From the NCBI GenBank assembly GCA_030141605.1, contig JAQGDQ010001774.1, positions 1-25,891 on the forward strand: a stretch of DNA of 25,891 nt, given 5' to 3'. Source of the DNA: Tubiluchus corallicola. Its lineage: Eukaryota; Animalia; Priapulida. Below are positions 1 to 9,569 of the stretch, one piece after another (position 1 is the stretch's first letter; every line of letters starts with the position of its first letter). Below the pieces are notes generated by a model, which had not been told where the DNA came from, made no database searches, and was given only the letters and a program-made list of their open reading frames with translations. The position numbers were made by a program, and so were the translations under genes.

Positions 1-43
1 AGTTGTAGTAGTCGTGGTAGTGGTAGTAGTAGTTGTGGTAGTG

Positions 44-93
<50 letters not shown>

Positions 94-104
94 CGTAGTC
101 GTAG
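1..104. repeat. (AGT/GGT)n trinucleotide microsatellite
   Basis: Direct inspection; mirror of the (ACT)n array at 6560-6975. Confidence 0.95.
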
Positions 105-588
105 AAGTATTACTGTTAATATTCAAGTATTTAAGCAAGAACAGAAACTTATATTTCTAACTTAGCACTTCTAACTGTTGTGTTAGTTTATATTGCTTAC
201 CTAGTAATATTAATGTCATCATCAACATTATGCTATGTAGGTATCTATACTGCTAGTAGTCATACTGTAATGCTTCTACTGTCTGTCTATTGTCTGCACT
301 CTACTAACTGAAACGTTTCATTGGTGAGAACGTTTATCAGTTGTTAAAAACTGCCTGTTCAAGTTCTGTTAAACTAAACCAGGCTGGAGATTTATTACTG
401 AGCAAACTCTGTACTTTGTTAATTCCTCGTAACATTAGAATTCATAATCTGTCAACAAACGAACTCGTTTATCTGCTTCTTCATGGCAATCAACACTTAA
501 GTACAACTGTTAATATTCAAGTATTTAAAATTGTACAGAAATTTATATAAGTGCTTCTTACCATTGTATTAATTTATATTGCTTACAT

Positions 589-1074
589 CAGGGGTGTGCA
601 AATTATCCGACTAGCCGGGCCACATTAAACTTTCCCGCAATTCCTGCGGGCCACAGGCAGTTTGATTAAGGAGCCAAGTACAGAAAGGCCAAATAATGAC
701 TTTTTTGCAACCGACCTGCGTACATCATTACTACTGCACTCAAGAAACTATTTTAGAAGTTACTAAAATTTATATTACAAACCATATATTTCTACTTTCA
801 GGACAGACAGTGGTAATTTCATTACAATGCATATTAGTAATGTGTATCACACAGTCTGTGTAGTACAGTGACATTAAGCTACAACCGTCTTGTAAGGGTT
901 AATGGCATCCGATCTAGTAGAAAAAACTACCTGCACTATCTTTGGGATCGTGGCACGATACACTCAATTAATCGCCCGGGCCGCACTTTCATTAGGTTGG
1001 CAAATCTCTTCGCGGGCCGCACAAATTCTCTCGGCGGGCCGCAATGCACGCGGGCCGCAATTTGCACACCCCTG
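589..1074 (+). mobile_element. Non-autonomous hAT (Charlie/Buster-like) MITE, copy A-left
   Basis: TIRs caggggtgtgcaaatt / aatttgcacacccctg. Perfect 8-bp TSD gcttacat at 581-588 and 1075-1082. Subterminal gcgggccgc motifs. Confidence 0.9.
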
Positions 1075-1147
1075 GCTTACATATAATACTAATGGCATTA
1101 TCAACATAATGCTGGTATTGTAAATAATATAGTGTCAAAATTTAATG

Positions 1148-1632
1148 AAGGGTGGTATAAAGCGCCCGCGGCTTGAGAAAGGAATTGTGCGGCCCGCGAA
1201 GAGATTTCTCAACCTAATGAAAGTGCGGCCCGGGTGATTAATTGACTGTATCCAGCTGAAGTCCGTGCCACGATCCCAAAGATAGTGCGGGTAGTTTTTT
1301 CTACTAGATCGGATGCCATTAACCCTTACAAGACGGTTGTAGCTTAATGTCACTGTACTACACAGACTGTGTGATACACATTACTAATATGCATTGTAAT
1401 GAAATTACCACTATCTGTCCTGAAAGTAGAAATATATGGTTTGTAATATAAATTGTAATAACTTCTAAAATAGTTTCTTGAGTGTAGTAGTAATGATGTA
1501 CGCAGGTCGGATGCAAAAAATCGTTATTAGGCCTTTCTGTACTTGGTTCCTTGATCAAACTGCCTGTGGCCCGCAGGAATTGCGGGAAAGTTTAATGTGG
1601 CCCTGCTAGTCAGATAATTTGCACACCCCCTG
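1148..1632 (-). mobile_element. hAT MITE of the same family, copy B-left (left terminus degraded)
   Basis: Reverse-complement match to the 589-1074 family. TIR aatttgcacaccccctg ends at 1632. The opposite TIR (~1148-1185) is only partly recognisable. Confidence 0.85.
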
Positions 1633-1874
1633 CTCTAATGCTTCTACTGTCTGTCTATTGTCTGCACTCTCTTTCGTGTAACATTCCGTTGGTGAGAACG
1701 TTCATCAGTTGTTAAAAACTAACTGTGCAAGCCGTATTGTAATACTTGTTATTTAATAAAAATATGTTTAAACTATTGTGCCGTTACGATGGAGTTATTA
1801 TATCCTCTGTGATACGACCGTATGAGTACGAATAAATGTATAAATAATTATGTTAAAATATCGTTGTTTTACAG

Positions 1875-2033
1875 CCGTGCCAGGTGCACAACACGGGCGC
1901 CGGGTGTTCGGAGGAACCTCAGCGGTCGCCGTCGTCGTCGACGAGTCAGTTCAGAGCTCTGTCGACGAAAACCTGGAGCTCCATCAAAGTTGCCGGAACG
2001 ACCGCGGCTAACAAAGTCATAAAGCAAAGACCA
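1875..2033 (+). pseudogene. INPP5F: Inverted (antisense to host gene) duplicate of INPP5F exon 4 with intact splice sites
   Basis: tgttttacag|CCG...CCA|gtaggg encodes PCQVHNTG...KTWSSIKVAGTTAANKVIKQRP. Its translation is identical to 4794-4636 (-). No + strand partner exons were found in the window. Confidence 0.8.
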
Positions 2034-2117
2034 GTAGGGACCGATTATAATTATTCTGTGTTGAGTAAAGCTGCGTGTGTAGTGTGCATAAGTGTCTTTA
2101 CTTTACTTTACGTAAGT

Positions 2118-2352
2118 CATCAACGTGATCGTCATCATCATCGCCATCATCATCATCACCACCATCATCATCATCATCGTCATCAATGTCATCATCATCA
2201 ACAAAAATGACATCATCATCATCATCACCATCATCATCATCGTCATCATCATCACCATCATCATCAGCAGCAAAAATGACAACACATACACGCCCACACA
2301 CACACAACACACATGCACACACACACGCACGCACATGCACACACAACACACT
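2118..2352. repeat. (CAT)n array joined to a (CA)n array at the inner duplication breakpoint
   Basis: The CAT array matches 4385-4552 in reverse and switches to a CA repeat after ...caaaaatgacaaca (2284). Confidence 0.9.
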
Positions 2353-2499
2353 ACGGCATTCGTATTAAACAACTGACACTTCAGTATTTGTTCTGGAAAT
2401 GATTTATCTATTTACTTATTTATTTAAGAAATGTTTATTTATTTAATAAATGTTTATTTATTTATGTTATTGACTCTTATGGTGTGTTTTCTGTCACAA

Positions 2500-3081
2500 G
2501 GTCTCTCTGACAACAAATGCACAAGTGCGAAGCACATTGCGAGTTACTGTCGGCAAGTATTCACGAATTCTCCGACAGTTACTGTGAGTTATTATCAAGT
2601 GTAAACGTCTCGGCGAGTTACTGTCTAGTGTGAACGTCACAGCGAGTTACTCTCGAAACTTTTCGCAGTGAATAGAGAAGTGAATGTCAGTTCGTGCCGA
2701 CTGTCAGAGAGTAACTCACAGCAAGTTTTGCGCTGTAGTTTGCCTAATAAAGTTATCTCGATTTTTTTACTGCGCAACCAGAATTAGCAAACGGGTGCTT
2801 TCCCCTGACAGCAAATGCGCAAGTGTGAAAGCGCTTTTTTAGTTACTGTCAGCAAGTTACTGCAAACTCTCAGACAGTTGCTGCGAGTTAATTTATTGCG
2901 AATTACTCTCTAGTGTGAACGCCTTGCCGGAGTTACTCTCGAAACTTTTCGCAGTGAATAGAGAAGTGAGCGTCAGTTCGTGCTGACTGTCACAGAGTAA
3001 CTCGCAGCATGTTTCGCTCTGTAGTCTGAACTAATAAAATTATCAGGATTTTTTTATTGCGGACCAAGAATTAACATCGGG
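2500..3081. repeat. Diverged tandem duplication, two units of ~290 bp, probably transposon-derived
   Basis: Shared blocks such as gagttactctcgaaacttttcgcagtgaatagagaagtga at ~2644 and ~2931. Recurring gcgagttact and agtgtgaacg motifs. Confidence 0.8.
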
Positions 3082-3165
3082 AGGCAAATGAAAGATGAAA
3101 TAAACTAACAATAAATTTTTAAACCAAATGCAACATTTACAGAACTGTTTAGCTGCTCATTTGCT

Positions 3166-3293
3166 GAAAAATTAACCAAAAATTAGCCAAAAATTAACCA
3201 AAAATTAGCCAAAAATTAACCAAAAATTAGCCGAAAATTAACCAAAAATTAGCTGAAAATTAACCAAAAATTAGCCAAAAATTAACCAAAAAT
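3166..3293. repeat. 11-bp minisatellite (aaaattaacca alternating with aaaattagcca)
   Basis: About 11-12 tandem units by direct inspection. Confidence 0.9.
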
Positions 3294-3329
3294 GACGAGA
3301 GACGAGACTAGTCTCCTCCCCTAACTTAC

Positions 3330-3374
3330 CTCCAACACTCTCTTCTCAAATCTTTCCTTTTCTTTTGCATCTTT
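3330..3374 (-). CDS. INPP5F: INPP5F/Sac2 coding exon 5: 45-nt phase 0-0 microexon, KDAKEKERFEKRVLE
   Basis: tttctctttttgtag|AAA...GAG|gtaagt. The peptide matches the recalled vertebrate INPP5F segment KESKEKEKLERRLLE and is in frame with exon 4. Confidence 0.88.
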
Positions 3375-3640
3375 CTACAAAAAGAGAAACTGTCTCAACT
3401 TTAACAAGAAAAGACGTGAAATATGAATGCTATCAAACACAGATGTTCGTTTGCCCAACATTTTACAAGCCAACATATATAAGTTGTAAAAAAATAAGTT
3501 GTTTTGAAACAAAATTGATTGATTGGTTTTATTACATCTGATCAGATACAATAACTAGTAAACACTTGTAAAAGTCATCTACGGTAACTCATAAGAGTCA
3601 CATCAAATTTTTACAATTGCGGTTATGAAGGCAATGCGAT

Positions 3641-3706
3641 TAGCCGAATGGCCATGCAGTGTCTTTCGGGACAAAAGTTAAGCAACACTCAGCGTTGTTA
3701 GTGACC
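3641..3706 (+). mobile_element. Degenerate Pol III SINE-like fragment (A-box plus 5S-like segment)
   Basis: TAGCCGAATGG fits the A-box consensus. aagttaagcaacactcagcgttgttagtgacc resembles the 5S rRNA internal control region. Confidence 0.35.
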
Positions 3707-4016
3707 AGTTGGCTTCAATATTCGCTATGGGTAGTTTTAGTTTTTTGTTACCTATACATCTTTGCAAAACGTCATAATGTAAGATGTAACTTATGTAAAG
3801 TCAGTCGTAACTTATTTCTAAATCTGCATTTTTAATTCGAAGTAGTAAGCATGATGCTATAGAAAAAATTATAACAGCAATATGTCAGCTCTGCTTCGTA
3901 TAAAAACCGGAACTCCCTCGCTAACCAGTTTAAGTATAGGTAGAATAGAAAGAAGCCAGTTGTAACGTCATATTCATAATTTTAATTACTGACCTACTAT
4001 AGTACATATTTTTTAA

Positions 4017-4353
4017 CAATGATGATGATTATGACGATGATGATGACGATGACGTTGATGATGAATGTGATGATGATGATGACAATGATGATGATGACAT
4101 TGATGATGATGACGTTGATGATGATGACGATGATGATATGACGATGATGATGATGTTGTCATTTTTGTTGATGATGATGACGTTGATGATGATGATGATG
4201 ATGGTGGTGGTGATGATGATGATGATGATGGCAATGACGATGACATTGATGATGATTGTGATGATGATGACGATGACGTTGATGATGATGATGGTGATGA
4301 TGATGATGTTGTCATTTTTGTTGATGATGATGACGTTGATGATGATGACGTTG

Positions 4354-4385
<32 letters not shown>

Positions 4386-4552
4386 GTTGTCATTTTTGCT
4401 GCTGATGATGATGGTGATGATGATGACGATGATGATGATGGTGATGATGATGATGATGTCATTTTTGTTGATGATGATGACATTGATGACGATGATGATG
4501 ATGATGGTGGTGATGATGATGATGGCGATGATGATGACGATCACGTTGATGA
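4017..4552. repeat. Compound (GAT)n microsatellite with recurring gtcatttttgttg spacers
   Basis: Direct inspection; this is the source of the poly-M/I/S/H ORFs. Confidence 0.95.
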
Positions 4553-4635
4553 CTTACGTAAAGTAAAGTAAAGACACTTATGCACACTACACACGCAGCT
4601 TTACTCAACACAGAATAATTATAATCGGTCCCTAC

Positions 4636-4794
4636 TGGTCTTTGCTTTATGACTTTGTTAGCCGCGGTCGTTCCGGCAACTTTGATGGAGCTCCAGGTTT
4701 TCGTCGACAGAGCTCTGAACTGACTCGTCGACGACGACGGCGACCGCTGAGGTTCCTCCGAACACCCGGCGCCCGTGTTGTGCACCTGGCACGG
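4636..4794 (-). CDS. INPP5F: INPP5F/Sac2 coding exon 4 (159 nt, phase 0-0)
   Basis: tgttttacag acceptor. PCQVH...KTWSSIK...NKVIKQRP aligns with recalled LCKKH...KTFTHIK...NKKK. The donor CCA|gtaggg is weak, and an alternative in-frame donor exists at 4558. Confidence 0.8.
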
Positions 4795-5036
4795 CTGTAA
4801 AACAACGATATTTTAACATAATTATTTATACATTTATTCGTACTCATACGGTCGTATCACAGAGGATATAATAACTCTATCGTAACGGCACAATAGTTTA
4901 AACATATTTTTATTAAATAACAAGTATTACAATACGGCTTGCACAGTTAGTTTTTAACAACTGATGAACGTTCTCACCAACGGAATGTTACACTTAGTAG
5001 AGTGCAGACAATAGACAGACAGTAGAAGCATTAGAG

Positions 5037-5527
5037 CAGGGGTGTGCAAATTATCTGACTAGCCGGGCCACATTAAACTTTCCCGCAATTCCTGCGGGCC
5101 ACAGGCAGTTTGATCAAGGAGCCAAATACAGAAGGGCCTAATAACGATTTTTTTGCATCCGACCTGCGTACATCATTACTACTACGCTCAAGAAACTATT
5201 TTAGAAGTTATTAAAATTTATATTACAAACCACATATTTCTACTTTCAGGACAGATAGTGGTAATTTCATTACAATGCATATTAGTAATGTGTATCACAC
5301 AGTCTGTGTAGTACAGTGACATTAAGCTACAACCGTCTATGGCATCCGATCTAGTAGAAAAAAAACTACCCGCACTATCTTTGGGATTGTGACACGGACT
5401 TCAGCTGGATACACTCAATTAATCGCCCGGGCCGCACTTTCATTAGGTTGACAAATCTCTTCGCGGGCCGCACAAATTCTCTCGGCGGGCCGCAAGTGGC
5501 CCGCGGGCCGCAATTTACACACCCCTG
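5037..5527 (+). mobile_element. hAT MITE, copy B-right
   Basis: TIRs caggggtgtgcaaatt / aatttacacacccctg. Imperfect 8-bp TSD cattagag / cattaaat. Confidence 0.88.
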
Positions 5528-5605
5528 CATTAAATTATGACTACTAGCAGCATAGACACATACACAGCATAATGTTGAGAATGACATTAATATTACTATG
5601 TAAGC

Positions 5606-6075
5606 CAGGGGTGTGCGAATTGCGGCCCGCCAAAAGAATTTGTGCGGCCCGCGAACAGATTTGTCAACCTAATGAAAGTGCGGCCCTGGCGATTAATTGA
5701 GTGTATCGTGCCCCGATCCCAAAGATAGTGCAGGTAGTTTTTTCTACTAGATCGGATGCCATTAACCCTTACAAGACGGTTGTAGCTTAATGTCACTGTA
5801 CTACACAGACTGTGTGATACACATTACTAATATGCATTGTAATGAAATTACCACTGTCTGTCCTGAAAGTAGAAATATATGGTTTGTAATATAAATTTTA
5901 GTAACTTCTAAAATAGTTTCTTGAGTGCAGTAGTAATGATGTACGCAGGTCGGTTGCAAAAAAGTCATTATTTGGCCTTTCTGTACTTGGCTCCTTAATC
6001 AAACTGCCTGTGGCCCGCAGGAATTGCGGGAAAGTTTAATGTGGCCCGGCTAGTCGGATAATTTGCACACCCCTG
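5606..6075 (-). mobile_element. hAT MITE, copy A-right
   Basis: TIRs present. Perfect TSD atgtaagc at 5598-5605 and 6076-6083. It is 16 bp shorter than A-left. Confidence 0.9.
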
Positions 6076-6559
6076 ATGTAAGCAATATAAATTAATACAA
6101 TGGTAAGAAGCACTTATATAAATTTCTGTACAATTTTAAATACTTGAATATTAACAGTTGTACTTAAGTGTTGATTGCCATGAAGGAGCAGATAAACGAG
6201 TTCGTTTGTTGACAGATTATAAATTCTAATGTTACGAGGAATTAACAAAGTACAGAATTTGCTTAGTAATAAATCTCCAGCCTGGTTTAGTTTAACAGAA
6301 CTTGAACAGACAGTTTTTAACAACTGATAAACGTTCTCGCCAATGAAACGTTTCAGTTAGTAGAGTGCAGACAATAGACAGACAGTAGAAGCATTACAGT
6401 ATGAGTACTAGCAGTATAGATACCTACATAGCATAATGTTGATGATGACATTAATATTACTAGGTAAGCAATATAAACTAACACAACAGTTAGAAGTGCT
6501 AAGTTAGAAATATAAGTTTCTGTTCTTGCTTAAATACTTGAATATTAACAGTAATACTT

Positions 6560-6571
6560 CTACGACTACGA

Positions 6572-6617
<46 letters not shown>

Positions 6618-6975
6618 CACTACCACAACTACTACTACCACTACCACGACTACTACAACTACGATGACTACTACCACTACCACGACTACTACAACTACGA
6701 TGACTACTACCACTACCACTACCACTACCACGACTACTACCACTACCACGACTACTACTACTACCACTACCACGACTACTACAACTACGATGACTACGAC
6801 CACTACCACTACCACTACTACTACCACTACCACAAGTACTACCACAACTACTACTACCACTACCACGACTACTACCACTACCACTACTACTACCACTACC
6901 ACAAGTACTACCACAACTACTACTACCACTACCACGACTACTACCACTACCACTACCACTACTACTACTACTACT
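6560..6975. repeat. (ACT/ACC)n trinucleotide microsatellite
   Basis: Direct inspection; source of the poly-T/poly-V ORFs. Confidence 0.95.
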
Positions 6976-7572
6976 GTATCAGCTTTGTACTGGAAAACAG
7001 AACAATGACTAATTCCCAGCAGTACACATTGCCACTACAAACTCAGGCAGAATATAATGGCTAAATTACAAATTACACTCTCGTGCAACACCCAACAGGG
7101 TTAATTACGAGAAGCATGACATTATAAATGGTTTCGTAATTACATTATATCGTCCTGCGGGATTCACGGTAACACACTCCTGGAACACATTGGCTTCATT
7201 CACTATTTGTTAATACGACGACTGATATTTGTGCGAGGCACGGGCGGCAGGATACCATAAAGGCAATAGCAAATGCAATCAAAAATTCAAGAGATGTAGC
7301 AGCTGTAGTTACAGACTGTATTAGCAAGCAAATTGAAAAGTAGAGTGTATAGGGGATTTGAGAAATCAGAGTTCAAACAGACATGTGGGTTGTGCGAAAT
7401 TTCGGCCAGCAGTAAGTGCAGAACGTGCGGTAAATGTATGTAAATTAAATTTGATGTTAGTAAAACTTTGCACATTCCGTTGAACCAGGGCCCATTGACA
7501 CATTTCTTCAAATATAATCCAATGTTAAGCATTATTATTATTATCATTACTATTATTGTATTATTACTATTA

Positions 7573-8387
7573 CTAGCAAAGGCCCCGCAAAAGATTTTGC
7601 GTATAAATACACGTGTAATCAATAATACGCAAACGTCCTACCAAGTCCTCATTTATAACACAAAGCCCGTAACATCCTGCCTACTTACCTAACGCAAAGC
7701 CAGCAGGCAGCTACTGTACGCAGAGCAGCTTTTTGCTGAATTAAAGTTATAGAGTACAATGGATGACGTCAGCACAATGGAATGCGTTAGGACAGTTTTC
7801 TAAGCGAAAATCGCCGAAAATAGAACATCTAATTAACTCGCTAGTACTCCTCTCGGTGGACCTGCCCTAAAATATAGCCCACATCATCGTGTAGCCCCGT
7901 TCTTCCTCTTTCTAAAGAGCTATATATCTCCATCCGAGAGTCCCACCAGGCGCCGCTAGAATATTTTTTCCGCATGCTGTTTGATCAAAATTTCGAAAAA
8001 AATCGCGAGTTGGGTCTGGGAAAACGCCCGTTGCGGGGCGCCGTGGCCCTCTCGGGAACTCTAAATAGGCCTATGACACCCATCGCTGAACGGGCTATCT
8101 ATCTATACCCAGCACCGCCCTCGGCCCGTTCCCGTTCTCTACATCTCAGCCGTATAACTTTTGCAAAAAACGGCCGAAAAATGGCCATTTTTGGAGGTTT
8201 TTCGCCCGCCGTTCCTCGCGGTGGGCCCCATTCGAAAAATAAACCCCCAATGAGACGACACTAGATCGAGACCTTTCGTTTGATATATAGATCGCCGCAA
8301 ATGGTGCCCTCGTCCGGGCTGTAGCCTCGAATCTTATATATAAATAAATATATTAAGATACCAAGAATATTAATATAAGAGTATAGA
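7573..8387 (-). mobile_element. Non-autonomous Helitron, copy 1
   Basis: The minus strand reads A|TCTATACTC...cgcaaaatcttttgcg-gggcctttg-CTAG|T. This gives a 5' TC, a 3' hairpin plus CTAG, insertion between A and T, and no TSD. A second copy is at 9570-10386. Confidence 0.8.
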
Positions 8388-8419
8388 TTATAAATATAAT
8401 AGTAATAATAATATTATAA

Positions 8420-8460
8420 CTAGCCAAACCCCACAAAAAGAATTTTGTGCACAAATCAAC
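8420..8460 (-). mobile_element. Isolated Helitron-type 3' terminus (hairpin + CTAG|T)
   Basis: The minus strand reads cacaaaattctttttgtg-gggtttgg-CTAG|T, a variant of the copy 1 terminus. Confidence 0.6.
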
Positions 8461-9440
8461 ACGCAACCCACACCACACCACTCCACCACATCACACCGCA
8501 CTGCACCACACCATACCACTCCACCTCATCGCACCACACAATACCACCACACCGCACGGCACCACACCATACCACCTACACACCACACCACCCACACCAT
8601 ACCACTCCACCACATCACACCACACTGCACCACACCATACCATTGCACCACCCACACCATAATACTCCACCACATCACACCGCACAGCACCACACCATAA
8701 CACCACACTGCACCACACCACCCACCCACCTACACACCACACCACCCACACCATACCACTCCACCACATCACACCACACCGCACCACACCATACCACTGC
8801 AGCACACCGCACCACCCACACACCACACCACACCACCCACACCATACGACTCCACCACATCAAACCACACTGCACCACACCATAACACCACACTGCACCA
8901 CACAATACCACCACACCGCACCGCACCACACCATACCACCTACACACCACACCACCCACACCATACCACTCCACCACATCACACCACACTGCACCACACC
9001 ATACCACTGCACCACCCACCCACACACCAAACCACCCACACCATAATACTCCACCACATCACACCGCACAGCACCGCACCATAACACCACACTACACCAC
9101 ACCACCCACACCATACCACTCCACCACATCACACCACACCGCACAACACCATACCACTGCAGCACACCGCACCACCCACACACCACACCACACCATACGA
9201 CTCCACCACATCACACTACACTGCACCACACCATACCACCACACCGCACCACCCACACCACACCACCCACACCATAATACTCCACCACATCACACCACAC
9301 TGCACCACACCATAACACCACACTGCACCACAACACCCACCCACCCACACACCACGCCACCCACTCCATACCACACTACCCACACCACACCCCACACACC
9401 GTATCACCCCACCACACCACATCAAATCCACCACCTCACG
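8460..9440. repeat. Degenerate (CACCA)n-based satellite with higher-order repeats
   Basis: Recurring block caccataccactccaccacatcacaccacactgcaccacaccata. Confidence 0.9.
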
Positions 9441-9569
9441 TGGTGATCATGATGATGATGGTGGCAATGATGATGACACCTATAGCACAAGCACCAACAA
9501 CACAGCATTACAACAAAACCATTCCAAACATTTTTCACAAAGTTGAAACTATGTGCTATAATATAATAA

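Larger units (their letters stand above)
105..1773 (+). mobile_element. Two tandem 3'-end fragments of a CR1-like non-LTR retrotransposon; the second is interrupted by two hAT MITEs
   Basis: ORF 341-550 ends ...ELVYLLLHGNQHLSTTVNIQVFKIVQKFI, resembling the LLxG..LS..N..IF..V..FI C-terminus of invertebrate CR1-type ORF2. The same segment recurs at 105-365. The element ends in aataaaaatatgtttaaact (1755-1774). A mirror copy lies at ~4896-6560 on the minus strand. Confidence 0.6.
1..2284 (+). repeat. Left arm of a large inverted duplication (partner 4385-6660); runs off the window start
   Basis: Reverse complement of 4385-6660. Mirrored ORF pairs 341-550/6114-6323 and 1884-2210/4459-4785. About 7 mismatches counted by eye in 101-588 and none seen in ~1800-2284. 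Confidence 0.95.
4385..6660 (-). repeat. Right arm of the large inverted duplication; contains the sense copy of INPP5F exon 4
   Basis: Reverse complement of 1-2284; paired coordinates sum to 6661-6669. Confidence 0.95.

Noticed and set aside
868-1558. ORFs of 66-73 aa repeated in the MITE copies (also 5375-5796)
   Set aside because: They lie within non-autonomous MITEs, show no transposase motifs, and are broken by indels between copies.
2098-2376. Poly-His/Ser/Ile/Met ORFs (also 4013-4566, 6504-7008, 8445-9619, 10249-10814, 18017-18254, 19005-19266, 20660-21039, 21650-21941, 23167-23968, 24784-25196)
   Set aside because: These are translations of microsatellites, open only because the repeats lack stop codons.
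3750-3860. Possible extra INPP5F exon (good minus-strand acceptor and a gtaac donor)
   Set aside because: Stop codons occur in all three frames and there is no Sac2 similarity.
1-6660. The large inverted repeat as terminal repeats of a Foldback, Mutator or Polinton element
   Set aside because: The arms consist of host exon and intron plus nested TEs. The spacer holds a host exon and no transposase or polymerase.
7974-8264. Similar 96-aa and 84-aa ORFs in both Helitron copies (also 9998-10252)
   Set aside because: No Rep or helicase motifs. The similarity simply reflects the DNA repeat.
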